Program-made: the position numbers and the translations under genes
The notes under the pieces: generated by a model
Told to the model about the DNA's origin: nothing
The model's input: only the letters and a program-made list of their open reading frames with translations
Databases searched by the model: none
DNA from: Minisyncoccota bacterium
GTDB lineage: Bacteria > Patescibacteriota > Minisyncoccia > Phycocordibacterales > Phycocordibacteraceae
Assembly (NCBI GenBank): GCA_035547315.1
Contig: DASZVH010000004.1
Span: forward strand, 12,107 to 76,106
Direction: 5' to 3'
Length of the DNA stretch: 64,000 bases
Part shown: in pieces, positions 10,574 through 24,391 of the stretch
Layout: every line of letters starts with the position of its first letter
Numbering within the stretch: position 1 is the stretch's first letter

Positions 10574-11659
10574 ATGGCGTTCTTCTCCGGCATCTTCGGC
10601 GGCGGCGAGAAAAAGGGCGGCAGCGTGCTCGGCGTCGATATCGGCTCCTCCTCGCTCAAGGTGGTGCAGCTGCGGCAGGCCGCCGGCAAGGCCGTGCTCG
10701 AGACCTACGGCGAGCTCGCGCTCGGCCCCTATGCCGGCAAAGCGGTCGGGCTCGCGACCGAACTCTCCGCCGACGCGGTCGCCGCGACGCTCAAGGACCT
10801 GGTGCGCGAGGCCTCCGTTACCACCAAGGAGTGCGGCGTCTCGATACCCTTCGCCCGTTCGCTCCTGACCTTGGTCGAGCTTCCCAAGGGCAAGAACCGC
10901 GAGGAGCAGAAGACCATCATCGAGCTCGAGGCGCGCAAGTATATCCCGGTGCCGATCAACGAGGTGCAGCTCGACTGGTTCGTCGTGCCCGAGGAGGGGC
11001 GCAGGGGCGCGGCGGAGAACAACCGGGTAGAGGTGCTCCTCGTCGCGGTGCACAACGACGAACTCAAGCTCCTCGACGCGGCGGTCAAGGGCGCGGATCT
11101 CCACGCCAAGTTCTTCGAGATCGAGATATTCTCGACCATCCGCGCGGTCGTAGACGAGCCGGTCAAGCCGGTCATGGTGCTCGATATCGGCGCCGCGACC
11201 ACCAAAGCCTACGTCGTCGAGCACGGCGTCGTCGCGCTCTCGCATACGATCCCGCACGGCGGGCAGGACGCGACCCGCGCGATCGCGACCGAGTCGGGAG
11301 TGCCGCTCGCGCGCGCCGAGCAGCTCAAGAAGGAGGCCGGGCTCGGCGACGGGCAGGGCGTGAAGCAATCGCTCGAGCTCATCTTCTCGGGCATCTTCGC
11401 CGAGGCGAAGCGCGTGTTCCTCCAATACGAGACGCAGCGCAGCAAGACGATCGCGCGCGTGGTGCTCACCGGCGGCGGCGGCGTGACCAAGGCGCTCGAG
11501 CAATACGCGCAAGGGCTCTTCGAGGTGCCGGTCAAAGTCGCCGACCCCTTCGCCAAGACGGAGACGCCCGCTTTCATGCGGCCGGTCTTGGAGGCCATCG
11601 GGCCCGAGTTCGCGGTCGCGGTAGGGATCGCGCTGCGCCTCCTCGAGGAGAGCCGCTAG
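10574..11659 (+). CDS. pilM: type IV pilus assembly protein PilM (actin-like ATPase)
   Basis: GVDIGSSSLKVV ... VLDIGAATT ... LTGGGG actin-fold motifs. A TATACT hexamer lies 8 nt upstream of the ATG. Confidence 0.85.
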   Translation: MAFFSGIFGGGEKKGGSVLGVDIGSSSLKVVQLRQAAGKAVLETYGELALGPYAGKAVGLATELSADAVAATLKDLVREASVTTKECGVSIPFARSLLTLVELPKGKNREEQKTIIELEARKYIPVPINEVQLDWFVVPEEGRRGAAENNRVEVLLVAVHNDELKLLDAAVKGADLHAKFFEIEIFSTIRAVVDEPVKPVMVLDIGAATTKAYVVEHGVVALSHTIPHGGQDATRAIATESGVPLARAEQLKKEAGLGDGQGVKQSLELIFSGIFAEAKRVFLQYETQRSKTIARVVLTGGGGVTKALEQYAQGLFEVPVKVADPFAKTETPAFMRPVLEAIGPEFAVAVGIALRLLEESR

Positions 11660-11723
11660 CCCGCGAGGTTGTACACAGCGCGCGGCCGCTCCCGCGCGCC
11701 GCGCCTGTATACTGTCTAATGAA

Positions 11724-12389
11724 ATGGCTCTCCCGCCGACCATACCGACCTCGTTCGTGCCCCGGCCCGGCGCCGCGCCGCGCGCCGCGCGCGGCGGCGG
11801 CCTCTCAAGCGCGTTCCTCTTCCTCTCGCTCGCCGTCTTCGTCCTCGCTCTCGTGCTGGCGGCAGGCGTCTTCCTCGATGGCCGGTATCTGGCGGGGCAG
11901 GTCGCGAGCAAGGACGTCGCGCTCAAGACCGCGCAGGCGCAGATCGACCAGACCACGGTCGCGAGCTTCATCGCCCTGCAGCAGCAGCTCATCCAGGGCG
12001 AGACGCTCCTTGACGACCACACCGCCCTCTCCCAGTTCCTCGACGCGCTCGGGCTGCTCACGATACAGGACGTCCGCTTCAGTCAGCTCTCGGTGACGGT
12101 CAACGACGACCACTCCGCGACCGTTTCGCTCGCCGGCACGGCCGCCTCCTTCAACGCGCTCGCGGCCGAGAGCGCGGCGCTTGCGACCGAGTCGCGCATC
12201 AAGGACGCCGTCTTCTCCGGCATCGCCATCAATAAGAACGGCGTCGGCTTCTCGCTCTCGGCGACGCTCGACCCGTCTTTGGTCGAGATGCCGGCGACGG
12301 GCTTCTCCGCCGCCGATGCGCCCGCGCCCGCGCCCGCGCAGAGCTCGGGCGGCGAGAGCGCGACGAGCACCGCCACCACCACGCCATGA
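11724..12389 (+). CDS. pilN: type IV pilus assembly protein PilN-like
   Basis: Single N-terminal TM helix, a coiled-coil region and an Ala/Ser-rich tail. Position matches pilN. Confidence 0.5.
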   Translation: MALPPTIPTSFVPRPGAAPRAARGGGLSSAFLFLSLAVFVLALVLAAGVFLDGRYLAGQVASKDVALKTAQAQIDQTTVASFIALQQQLIQGETLLDDHTALSQFLDALGLLTIQDVRFSQLSVTVNDDHSATVSLAGTAASFNALAAESAALATESRIKDAVFSGIAINKNGVGFSLSATLDPSLVEMPATGFSAADAPAPAPAQSSGGESATSTATTTP

Positions 12390-12928
12390 CCCGCCTTCTC
12401 CCGCTGATCCTTCTCGCCGCCGCCGCCGGTATCTTCTTCGGCTATGTGAGCCCGCAGTACGAGGGCCCGATCGCCGCGGCCAAGAGCACCATCGCCGCCG
12501 ACAACCAGGCGCTCGCCGCCGCCGCCGCCTATACCGCCAAGGAGAACCAGCTCGCCGCGGCGCGCGACCAGATCGCGCCGGACGATCTCGCGCGGCTCAC
12601 CGCGCTCCTGCCCACCTCGGTCAACAACGTCCAGGCTATCCTCGACCTCGACAACCTCGCGGTGCGTTCCGGCTTCCCGCTTGCCGCCATCAACGTGGTC
12701 TCGGGCGGCAGCGCGGGCACGGTGCAGGGCATCACGGAAGACCAGAGTGTCGGCTCGGTCGATCTCTCGATCTCCGGCAGCGGGAGCTATGCCGTCTTCC
12801 GCACCTTCCTCGCGGGGGTCGAGCGGAGCGTCCGCCTCCTCGATGTCCGCACGCTCTCGATCACGAGCGCGGACTCGGGCATCTACTCCTACTCCATGAC
12901 GCTGCGCCTCTACTGGCTCAAATCCTAA
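12386..12928 (+). CDS. pilO: type IV pilus assembly protein PilO-like
   Basis: N-terminal TM helix plus coiled coil. ATGA overlap with pilN. Confidence 0.45.
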   Translation: MTRLLPLILLAAAAGIFFGYVSPQYEGPIAAAKSTIAADNQALAAAAAYTAKENQLAAARDQIAPDDLARLTALLPTSVNNVQAILDLDNLAVRSGFPLAAINVVSGGSAGTVQGITEDQSVGSVDLSISGSGSYAVFRTFLAGVERSVRLLDVRTLSITSADSGIYSYSMTLRLYWLKS

Positions 12929-12932
12929 CGCC

Positions 12933-13232
12933 ATGAACCTCTTTTCCAAAGGCAACCTCAAGAACACGCTCGGCGCGGTCGGCGTGCTCGTGATCCTCGG
13001 CGTCCTCTATTGGTACTTCTTCGGCGGCTCCTCTACGCCCCCGCCGCCGGTCTCCGAGACGCTGCCGGCGAGCGACGCCGCACAGGAGTTCCTCGACCTG
13101 GCGGGCGAGCTCGCCACGGTCTCCTTCGACCCGACGATCTTCTCCGACCCGCGCTTTTCCTCGCTCGTCGACATCTCGACGGCGGTTATCCCCGAGGCCG
13201 AGGGCCGGCCCGACCCCTTCGCGCCGCTCTAA
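12933..13232 (+). CDS. small membrane-anchored pilus-operon protein (PilP-like?)
   Basis: 99 aa with an N-terminal TM helix and a Pro-rich linker. Placed by position in the operon. Confidence 0.3.
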   Translation: MNLFSKGNLKNTLGAVGVLVILGVLYWYFFGGSSTPPPPVSETLPASDAAQEFLDLAGELATVSFDPTIFSDPRFSSLVDISTAVIPEAEGRPDPFAPL

Positions 13233-13251
13233 GCCTCGGCGCGCTCTCCCG

Positions 13252-15006
<1,755 letters not shown>

Positions 15007-15008
15007 CC

Positions 15009-15410
15009 ATGGCCCGCATCTACCTCACCGACGACGACCGCTTCCTGCTCGATCTCTACGCGCTCAAGTTCAAGAACGCGGGGCACGACGTCTCCACCTT
15101 CTCCTCCGGCGAAGAGCTTATCGACGCCCTGGGGAAGAAGGGCGCGCCCGACGCGCTGCTGCTCGACGTCATCATGCCCGGGCTCTCGGGCTTCGAGACC
15201 CTGGAGAAGATCCGCCAGGAAAAGCTCGCCGGGAGCGCCAAGATAATCATCCTTACCAACCAGGCGCAGGGCGCCGATGTCGAGAAGGCAAAGAGCCTCG
15301 GGACCGCGGGCTATATCGTCAAGGCCTCCGCGATACCCTCCGAGGTCCTGGCCGAGACCGAGCGCATCCTCGCCGGCTCGAACGCCCCCTCCCTAATCCC
15401 CGCACCATGA
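15009..15410 (+). CDS. stand-alone response-regulator receiver domain (CheY/PilH-like)
   Basis: Receiver (REC) fold, DDD...D...T...K, 133 aa. Confidence 0.7.
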   Translation: MARIYLTDDDRFLLDLYALKFKNAGHDVSTFSSGEELIDALGKKGAPDALLLDVIMPGLSGFETLEKIRQEKLAGSAKIIILTNQAQGADVEKAKSLGTAGYIVKASAIPSEVLAETERILAGSNAPSLIPAP

Positions 15411-16465
15411 TCGACCCGGCTCTTTCCAAACTCTTCGACGCGCTCGTCTCCGAGAACGGCTCCGACCTCCACCTCTCGCCCGGCGTCCCGCCCATCATCC
15501 GGGTCTCGGGCTCTCTGCTGCCCCTGGTGCAGGAAGGCGTGCTCACGCCTGCCAAGACGGCCGCGATGCTCAAGTCCATAGCGCCGGAGAATCGCTGGGC
15601 CGACTTCGAGCATAATCAGACGCTCGACTTCTCCTACGCGCACGGCGAGGGCGCGCGGTTGCGCGTCAACGGCTATGTCGTCGGCGGCAGCGTGGTCGCC
15701 GCGATGCGGCTCATCCCGCGCGAGATACGCACCTTCGCCGAGCTCAACCTGCCGCCCGTGCTCGAGACCTTCGCGGGCCGCGAGCAGGGCTTTTTCCTCG
15801 CGGTGGGGCCGGTGGGGCAGGGCAAGTCGACCACGCTCGCCGCGATGATCGACCGCATCAACGAGAGCCGCGCCGAGCATATCCTTACGATCGAGGACCC
15901 CGTCGAGTACCTCTTCACTCCCAAGAAGTCGCTCATCCACCAGCGCGAGGTGCACGTGGACACGCCCTCGTTCTCCGCGGCGCTCGCCTCGGCCTTCCGC
16001 GAGGACGTAGACGTCATCATGGTCGGCGAGATGCGCGACTACGAGACCATCAGCAACGCGGTGACCGCCGCCGAGACCGGGCACTTGGTGCTCTCCACGC
16101 TCCACACCAACTCCGCCGCGCAGACCATCGACCGCATCATCGACATGTTCCCTGCCGAGCAGCAGGCGCAGGTGCGGGTGCAGCTCTCGGGATCGCTCGC
16201 GGGCATCTTCTCCCAGCGGCTCATCCCGCGCATCTCGGGCGGCCTCATCCCCGCGTATGAGCTCCTCATCAACAACAACGCGGTCGCCAACCTCATCCGC
16301 GCCTCCCGCACCCACGAGATCGCAGCGGTGGTGCAGACCAGCTCGCAAGAGGGGATGATCGACATGGACCGCTCCCTGGCCGAGCTCGTTCGCCGCGGCG
16401 AGGTGACCACCGAGGCCGCCTATGAGCACGCCAACGACCCCAAGACCTTCGAGCGCTACCTGTGA
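15407..16465 (+). CDS. pilT: twitching-motility ATPase PilT
   Basis: Internal start at ATG 15407 (ATGA overlap). Walker A GPVGQGKST and AIRNLIRE-like motifs. Confidence 0.9.
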   Translation: MIDPALSKLFDALVSENGSDLHLSPGVPPIIRVSGSLLPLVQEGVLTPAKTAAMLKSIAPENRWADFEHNQTLDFSYAHGEGARLRVNGYVVGGSVVAAMRLIPREIRTFAELNLPPVLETFAGREQGFFLAVGPVGQGKSTTLAAMIDRINESRAEHILTIEDPVEYLFTPKKSLIHQREVHVDTPSFSAALASAFREDVDVIMVGEMRDYETISNAVTAAETGHLVLSTLHTNSAAQTIDRIIDMFPAEQQAQVRVQLSGSLAGIFSQRLIPRISGGLIPAYELLINNNAVANLIRASRTHEIAAVVQTSSQEGMIDMDRSLAELVRRGEVTTEAAYEHANDPKTFERYL

Positions 16466-16520
16466 ACAGGCGTCAGGGATCAGGTTTCAGGTGTTAGGAT
16501 TAAGCTGACCCCTGACTCCT

Positions 16521-17729
16521 ATGTTATTCACCTACCGAGCGATCGACCAGGACGGCCACGAGCGCGAGGGCACCATCGAAGCGCTCTCGCAGGACGCGGC
16601 GGTCTCCGAGCTGCAGCGCCGCGCGCTGGTCATCACCGCCCTGAGCGAGGCCAAGGCCGCGGGCTCTATCCTCGAGCTCGAGATACCGCTCTTCGACAGA
16701 ATCAGCAACCGCGACATCGTCATCCTCTCGCGCCAGATCGCGACCCTTTTCGAGGCGCAGGTCAACGCGCTGCGAGTCTTCCGCCTGCTTGCGGCCGAGG
16801 TCGAGGGCAAGAGCTTGGCGCGCACGCTCTCGCAGGTCGCCGACGACCTGCAGGGCGGCAGCCCCATCAGCAAGGCGCTCGCCAAGCACCCCAAGGCCTT
16901 CAGCGCCTTCTACGTCAACATGGTCCGCGCCGGCGAGGAGAGCGGGAAGCTCTCGCAGACGTTCGGCTATCTCGCCGACTACCTCGACCGCACGTACGAC
17001 ATCATCTCCAAGGCGGAGAACGCGCTCATCTACCCGGCCTTCGTCATCGCGGTCTTTATCGGCGTGATGGCCCTCATGCTCACCGTCGTCATCCCCAAGA
17101 TCGCGGCGACCCTGCTCGACGCGGGGCAGCAGCTCCCGATCTACACCCGTATCGTCATCGGGGTCTCCGAATTCTTCGTCAACTACGGCTTCTTCGTCCT
17201 GCTCGCGCTCATCGCGCTCGGCTTCTATGTCTGGCGGCTTTCCAAGAGCTCCTCCGGCCGCGCGGTGCTCGATGGCGCGAAGCTCTCGGTGCCCTATATC
17301 GGCGACCTCTACAAGAAGCTCTATCTCGCGCGCATCGCGGACAACCTCTCGACCATGTTCGTCTCGGGCGTCGCGGTGGTCGAGGGCATCAGCATCACCG
17401 CCAACGTGGTCGAGAACGAAATCTACGCCGAGGCGCTCCGCGAGACCGCCGAGGCGGTCAGGGGCGGCTCCTCGATCTCGGAGGCGCTCGGCGCGCACCC
17501 GCAGATCCCGGGCATCATGGTCGCGATGGTCAAGGTGGGCGAGGAGACGGGCGAGCTCGGCAAGATCCTCGAGACGCTCGCCAAGTTCTACGAGCGCGAG
17601 GTCTCCAACGCGGTGGATACGCTGGTCGGCCTTATCGAGCCGGTGATGATCGTGCTCCTCGGCGCCGGCGTGGGCGTCTTGATCGCGGCGGTCCTCCTGC
17701 CGATCTACAACCTCGCCGGCGCCATCTAG
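16521..17729 (+). CDS. pilC: type IV pilus platform protein PilC (GspF family)
   Basis: Two T2SF repeats and 3-4 TM segments. Confidence 0.85.
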   Translation: MLFTYRAIDQDGHEREGTIEALSQDAAVSELQRRALVITALSEAKAAGSILELEIPLFDRISNRDIVILSRQIATLFEAQVNALRVFRLLAAEVEGKSLARTLSQVADDLQGGSPISKALAKHPKAFSAFYVNMVRAGEESGKLSQTFGYLADYLDRTYDIISKAENALIYPAFVIAVFIGVMALMLTVVIPKIAATLLDAGQQLPIYTRIVIGVSEFFVNYGFFVLLALIALGFYVWRLSKSSSGRAVLDGAKLSVPYIGDLYKKLYLARIADNLSTMFVSGVAVVEGISITANVVENEIYAEALRETAEAVRGGSSISEALGAHPQIPGIMVAMVKVGEETGELGKILETLAKFYEREVSNAVDTLVGLIEPVMIVLLGAGVGVLIAAVLLPIYNLAGAI

Positions 17730-17800
17730 TTATCCACAGATGGCGCGCGGTCGCGCCCAACACGGCGTATACTATCCCCATTAACCCCGATAATTTATTT

Positions 17801-18241
17801 ATGTACAAACTTCGCTCTCGCGGCTTTACGCTCATCGAGCTCCTCGTCGTGATCGCCATCATCGGCATCCTCTCGGCGGTCGTGCTCGCCTCGCTCTCCA
17901 CGGCCCGCACCAAAGGCCAAGATGCGGCTATCCAGTCCGACCTCAACTCGATCCAGACCGAGGCCGAGATTTACTACAACGGTACCGGCGCCAATACCTA
18001 TGGCAGCACCGTCGCCACATGTACGGGCGGCATGTTTGCTGGAGATACTTCTATCAAGAATGCACTCACGGGCATCGCAAGCAACAACGGCGGCTCGGGC
18101 AATCAAGCGTGCGATAGCAGCGGCCAAGCATACGCGGTAAAAGCGAAATCTGCCACCAACTCGAGCTCGGTGTTCTATTGCGTCGATTCGACCGGGTTCT
18201 CCGGCACGACGACCACCATGACTGCCGCTACGAATTGCTAA
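17801..18241 (+). CDS. pilA: type IV major pilin (class III signal peptide)
   Basis: MYKLRSRG|FTLIELLVVIAIIGIL prepilin motif. C-terminal Cys pair FYCVDSTG...C. A TATACT hexamer lies 28 nt upstream. Confidence 0.8.
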   Translation: MYKLRSRGFTLIELLVVIAIIGILSAVVLASLSTARTKGQDAAIQSDLNSIQTEAEIYYNGTGANTYGSTVATCTGGMFAGDTSIKNALTGIASNNGGSGNQACDSSGQAYAVKAKSATNSSSVFYCVDSTGFSGTTTTMTAATNC

Positions 18242-18278
18242 AGTACGCTAGAAACCGCTCATCGTCCGGATGAACGCG

Positions 18279-18311
18279 GAAAACGGCCCCGGAGGGGGCC
18301 GTTTTCCGTTT
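18279..18311 (+). terminator. rho-independent terminator after the first pilin
   Basis: GGCCCCggagGGGGCC followed by gttttccgttt. Confidence 0.7.
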
Positions 18312-18362
18312 CTCCACAGGCGCCGATTTCTCCGGCGATTCCCGTGCTAGAATTAATAAAGT

Positions 18363-18887
18363 ATGCGTACTTCATTCCAAAGAGGCTTCACCTTGATCGA
18401 GCTCCTCGTCGTCATTGCAATAATCGGTATCCTTTCGGCGGTCGTGCTCGCCTCGCTCAGTACCGCCCGCAGTAAGGGCAAGGACGCGGCCGCGATGCAG
18501 GCGCTCGAGGGCGCCCGCGCCCAGGCCGAGCTCTATTACTACGCCAACGGCAACAGCTACAATAACGTCTGCGGCCAGACCGCCGTCGGCGGGGTCAAGA
18601 CGGTCGGCGCTCAGGTGCTCTCCGCCGCGCGGGCCGAGGGCTATGCCTTCGACAATTCCGTCAACGGCTCCGGCGACTGGAACAATCACCAGGTAAACAA
18701 CACCAACAAGCCCGTAACCTGCAACGACAGCGGCCAGTCGAGCCCCAAGAACCCCAACGCCTGGGCGGCGGCTATCTATCTCTCCAACGGCACCTTCTTC
18801 TGCACCGACTCGACCGGGCTCGCGACCACGACCACGACCTCGGCCTATCAGATCACGGACAATCACGACAACGATTGCTCGCCCTAA
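18363..18887 (+). CDS. type IV pilin, second paralogue
   Basis: RG|FTLIELLVVIAIIGIL motif. C-terminal FFCTDSTG...DC disulfide loop. A TAGAAT hexamer lies ~10 nt upstream. Confidence 0.8.
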   Translation: MRTSFQRGFTLIELLVVIAIIGILSAVVLASLSTARSKGKDAAAMQALEGARAQAELYYYANGNSYNNVCGQTAVGGVKTVGAQVLSAARAEGYAFDNSVNGSGDWNNHQVNNTNKPVTCNDSGQSSPKNPNAWAAAIYLSNGTFFCTDSTGLATTTTTSAYQITDNHDNDCSP

Positions 18888-18896
18888 CGTCCCCGA

Positions 18897-19664
18897 ATGA
18901 CGCCCCTCCTCTGCGCGCTCTTCTTCTGCCTCGGGGCGCTCCTCGCGAGCTTTGCTGGACTCCTCGCCGCGCGCCTCTACACCGGAGAGCCGATCGCGGC
19001 CGGCCGCTCGCGCTGCGACGCGTGCGGCGCGGCTCTCTCGGCGCCCGCGCTCGTCCCGCTCGCCGGCTGGGCGCTCTCGGCCGGCCGCGCGCGCTGCTGC
19101 GGCGCGCGCATCTCCGCCGCCTCCGCCGTCGGCGAGCTCGCACTTGGAACCCTCTTCCTCTTCTCTTATCTCAAGCTCGGGCTCTCCTGGCCGCTCACGC
19201 TCCTGCTGCCGGCGCTCGTCCTCCTCTACGCGCTCGTGCGGTACGACCTCGCGCACCAGATATTGCCGCCCGTGCTGCTCGCTCCCTTGGGCGCGCTGTC
19301 GCTCGGCTACGCCGCGCTTGCCGCGCCCTCGGCCGCCGCATTCCTCTCCGCGCTCATCGTCGCCGCGGCGGAGGGCGTGCTGCTCCTCGCGCTCTCCCTT
19401 CTCTCCCGCGGGCGGCTGATGGGTCTCGCCGACGCGCCGCTGATCGCCGCGCTCGCGCTCGTGGCCGCCCCGCGCGCACTCGCGGGCTTTGCCTTCTCTT
19501 TCTGGATCGGCGCCCTCATCGGGATAATCCTCGTGCTCGCGGGGCGGGGAAGGGTTAGAATGAAGAGCGAGGTGCCGCTTGCCCCCTTCCTCGCCGCCGG
19601 CTTCCTCCTCGCTTATTTCATCCCATGGGACCCCTTCGCCGCGCTCATCGCCCTGATCGGCTAG
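18897..19664 (+). CDS. pilD: prepilin peptidase PilD (A24 family)
   Basis: N-terminal CDAC...CCGAR zinc-binding tetracysteine. Polytopic, with conserved Asp in MGLADAPL. Confidence 0.7.
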   Translation: MTPLLCALFFCLGALLASFAGLLAARLYTGEPIAAGRSRCDACGAALSAPALVPLAGWALSAGRARCCGARISAASAVGELALGTLFLFSYLKLGLSWPLTLLLPALVLLYALVRYDLAHQILPPVLLAPLGALSLGYAALAAPSAAAFLSALIVAAAEGVLLLALSLLSRGRLMGLADAPLIAALALVAAPRALAGFAFSFWIGALIGIILVLAGRGRVRMKSEVPLAPFLAAGFLLAYFIPWDPFAALIALIG

Positions 19665-20317
19665 CCGTCGCGCGCGCGCGCGGCTTCACGCTGATCGAGA
19701 TGCTCGTCTCGCTCGCCATCCTGACCATCATCGCGGTCATCGTGCTCACGAGCCATGCCTCCTTTACCAACTCGCTCATCGTGACCAACGCTGCCTACGA
19801 CGTCGCGCTCTCGCTGCGCCAGGCCGAAAGCTTCGGCGTCTCGAGCCGCAACTCCGGCGCCATCGCCAACGCCGGCTACGGCATCGACTTCTCCACCGCC
19901 AACCTCTCTTCCTATGTACTTTTCGTGGACAATCACCCAAACAACTGCGGCCCCGGCTCGCTCCCCAGCTGCAAGCCCGGTAACGGCGTCTATAACGCGG
20001 GCGCCGATGGCCTCGTCTCTACCTACACCATCAACGCGGGCATCGGCGTTTCCAAGCTCTGCGTCTACCGCGGCGGGAGCTCGTATTGCTCGGGCGGCGG
20101 GAGCAACCTCTTCGCGCTCGATATCGTCTTCACGCGCCCCAACACCGCCGCCAACATCGCTTTCCTCAAGAATGCCGCGCTCTATCCAGGCGACCAGGGC
20201 CCCGGCGACCCGCTCACGGGCGCCTGCATCACGCTCTCAACGCCCGACGGCACGAGCCAGCGCGGCATCTCCGTCTCTTCGGTGGGGCAGGTGAGCCCGG
20301 TCGCTTCCTGCCCATGA
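19625..20317 (+). CDS. minor pilin / pseudopilin
   Basis: ...ARARG|FTLIEMLVSLAIL motif. Long (20 aa) leader if ATG 19625 is the true start. Overlaps the pilD 3' end by 40 nt. Confidence 0.55.
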   Translation: MGPLRRAHRPDRLAVARARGFTLIEMLVSLAILTIIAVIVLTSHASFTNSLIVTNAAYDVALSLRQAESFGVSSRNSGAIANAGYGIDFSTANLSSYVLFVDNHPNNCGPGSLPSCKPGNGVYNAGADGLVSTYTINAGIGVSKLCVYRGGSSYCSGGGSNLFALDIVFTRPNTAANIAFLKNAALYPGDQGPGDPLTGACITLSTPDGTSQRGISVSSVGQVSPVASCP

Positions 20318-20880
20318 CCAAGCCTTCCGCCGCCGGCTTCACCCTGATCGAGATGCTCGTCTCGCTTGCGCTCTTCGCGCTCGTGATGCTCATGGTCTCC
20401 TCCGCCTACCTCATCATTATCGCGGCCAATCGCCAGGCGCAGGCGGTGGCCTCCGCCACCAATAACCTCGCCTTCGCACTCGAGACCATGACCCGCGAGA
20501 TCCGGACCGGCGGCGGCTACAATTGCGGCAGCAGCACGGGCGGAGATTGTCCAAGCCCCAAGCCGAGCTTCTATTTCACCGACGCGGGCGACAACTACGT
20601 CTCCTACGGCCTCGTCTCCACAGGCTCGGGCACCCACGGGCTCGCCGAGTGCGTGAGCCAGAGCGACTTCTGCGCCCCGGCCACACTGCTTACCGACTCC
20701 TCCGTCAACATCACGGCGCTCCAGTTCTCCGTCCAGGGCACCCGCACCTACTCGGGCTCCGGAGACATCATCCAGCCGCAGGTGCTCATGACACTCTCCG
20801 GCACCGTCTCGGCGGGAGCGCAAAAGACGGTGCCCTTCACCGTCGAGACGGGCGCGACCATGCGCGGCACCGACCTATGA
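20314..20880 (+). CDS. minor pilin / pseudopilin
   Basis: MTKPSAAG|FTLIEMLVSLALF. ATGA overlap. Confidence 0.6.
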   Translation: MTKPSAAGFTLIEMLVSLALFALVMLMVSSAYLIIIAANRQAQAVASATNNLAFALETMTREIRTGGGYNCGSSTGGDCPSPKPSFYFTDAGDNYVSYGLVSTGSGTHGLAECVSQSDFCAPATLLTDSSVNITALQFSVQGTRTYSGSGDIIQPQVLMTLSGTVSAGAQKTVPFTVETGATMRGTDL

Positions 20881-21535
20881 ACATGAAAGAAGTCATACGA
20901 TATGAGTCGGAAGAGGCAAGGAATCGACGCGCCGCGTACGACGCATCGCGTACGGCTGGATTCACGCTCGTCGAGACCATGGTCGCGATCGCGATACTCA
21001 CCGTCGCGATCGCGGGGCCACTGCTCACGGCCGAGCGCGCAGCCGCCGCCGCCTATGCCGCCAAGAACGAGCTCATCGCCTCCTATCTCGCCCAGGAGGG
21101 GATCGAGTATGTGCGGGCGATGCGCGACGACACCTATCTGGCCGATTACGCCTCTGAGTCAACGGAACCGGGGCTCTCGGAGCTCGCCTGGAGCGATTTC
21201 CTCTCGAGCAACGCCAATACCTCGATCAAGCAGTGCGCCGCCAACGGCAAGGGCTGCGCCTACGATCCAGAGGGCGTGGGCATGTGCACCGGCAACCTCC
21301 TCAACTGCTCGATGATCGCCTGCAGCAAGAAGTACTGCACCGACTACCCGCTCTACCTCACCGCAGGCGGTTTCTATACCCCGCAGGGCACGAGCATCGG
21401 CGCTGCACTGACCCCCTTCTCCCGCCAGATCACCTTCCGGGCCGCGGACCCCCAGTCTGAGGAGGTGGTATCGACCGTCGCTTGGAGCACGGACGGCGTG
21501 CCCTATACGGTAACCGTCACCGACACCCTTACGCC

Positions 21536-21545
<10 letters not shown>
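20877..21545 (+). CDS. minor pilin / pseudopilin (27 aa leader)
   Basis: MNMKEV...SRTAG|FTLVETMVAIAIL. ATGA overlap. Cys-rich C-terminus. Confidence 0.5.
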
Positions 21546-24000
<2,455 letters not shown>

Positions 24001-24013
24001 TAGAGTGAGCGGC

Positions 24014-24307
24014 ATGGCGACGAAGGATGAGGTCAAGAAACTCGCGGCCTTGGCGCGGGTGGAGGTCAAAGAGGAGGATCTCGACACATTCGTCGAGGGG
24101 TTCGACGCCATTCTCGCGTATGTCGGCCAGCTCGACTCGCTCGAGCTCCCGGCCGATTTGAAGGGCGAGGCGCCGAAGCTCCGCAACGTTTTCCGCGCCG
24201 ACGAGAACCCGACTCCGTCCGGCACGTACACCGAGAGGCTCGTGGCGGCATTTCCCGAGAAAGAGGGGGACTACTTGAAGGTCAAGCAGATCATCGCGCA
24301 TGACTGA
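24014..24307 (+). CDS. gatC: Asp/Glu-tRNA amidotransferase subunit C
   Basis: 97 aa GatC-like (ARVEV...EEDL...). Internal ATG at 24014. Confidence 0.75.
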   Translation: MATKDEVKKLAALARVEVKEEDLDTFVEGFDAILAYVGQLDSLELPADLKGEAPKLRNVFRADENPTPSGTYTERLVAAFPEKEGDYLKVKQIIAHD

Positions 24308-24391
24308 CTCCAGCCGGCATATTGCTTGCAGCATGCGCTCCGGGCCGCTCGGCCGAGTCTTACGTGCTGCGCGCAACATGCCGGCTTCCGT

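Noticed and set aside
9908-12061. 717 aa minus-strand ORF spanning comFC through pilN
   Set aside because: Only the C-terminal 204 aa (ComFC PRTase) is real. The rest is antisense to pilM/pilN, a normal consequence of stop-codon scarcity at ~67% GC.
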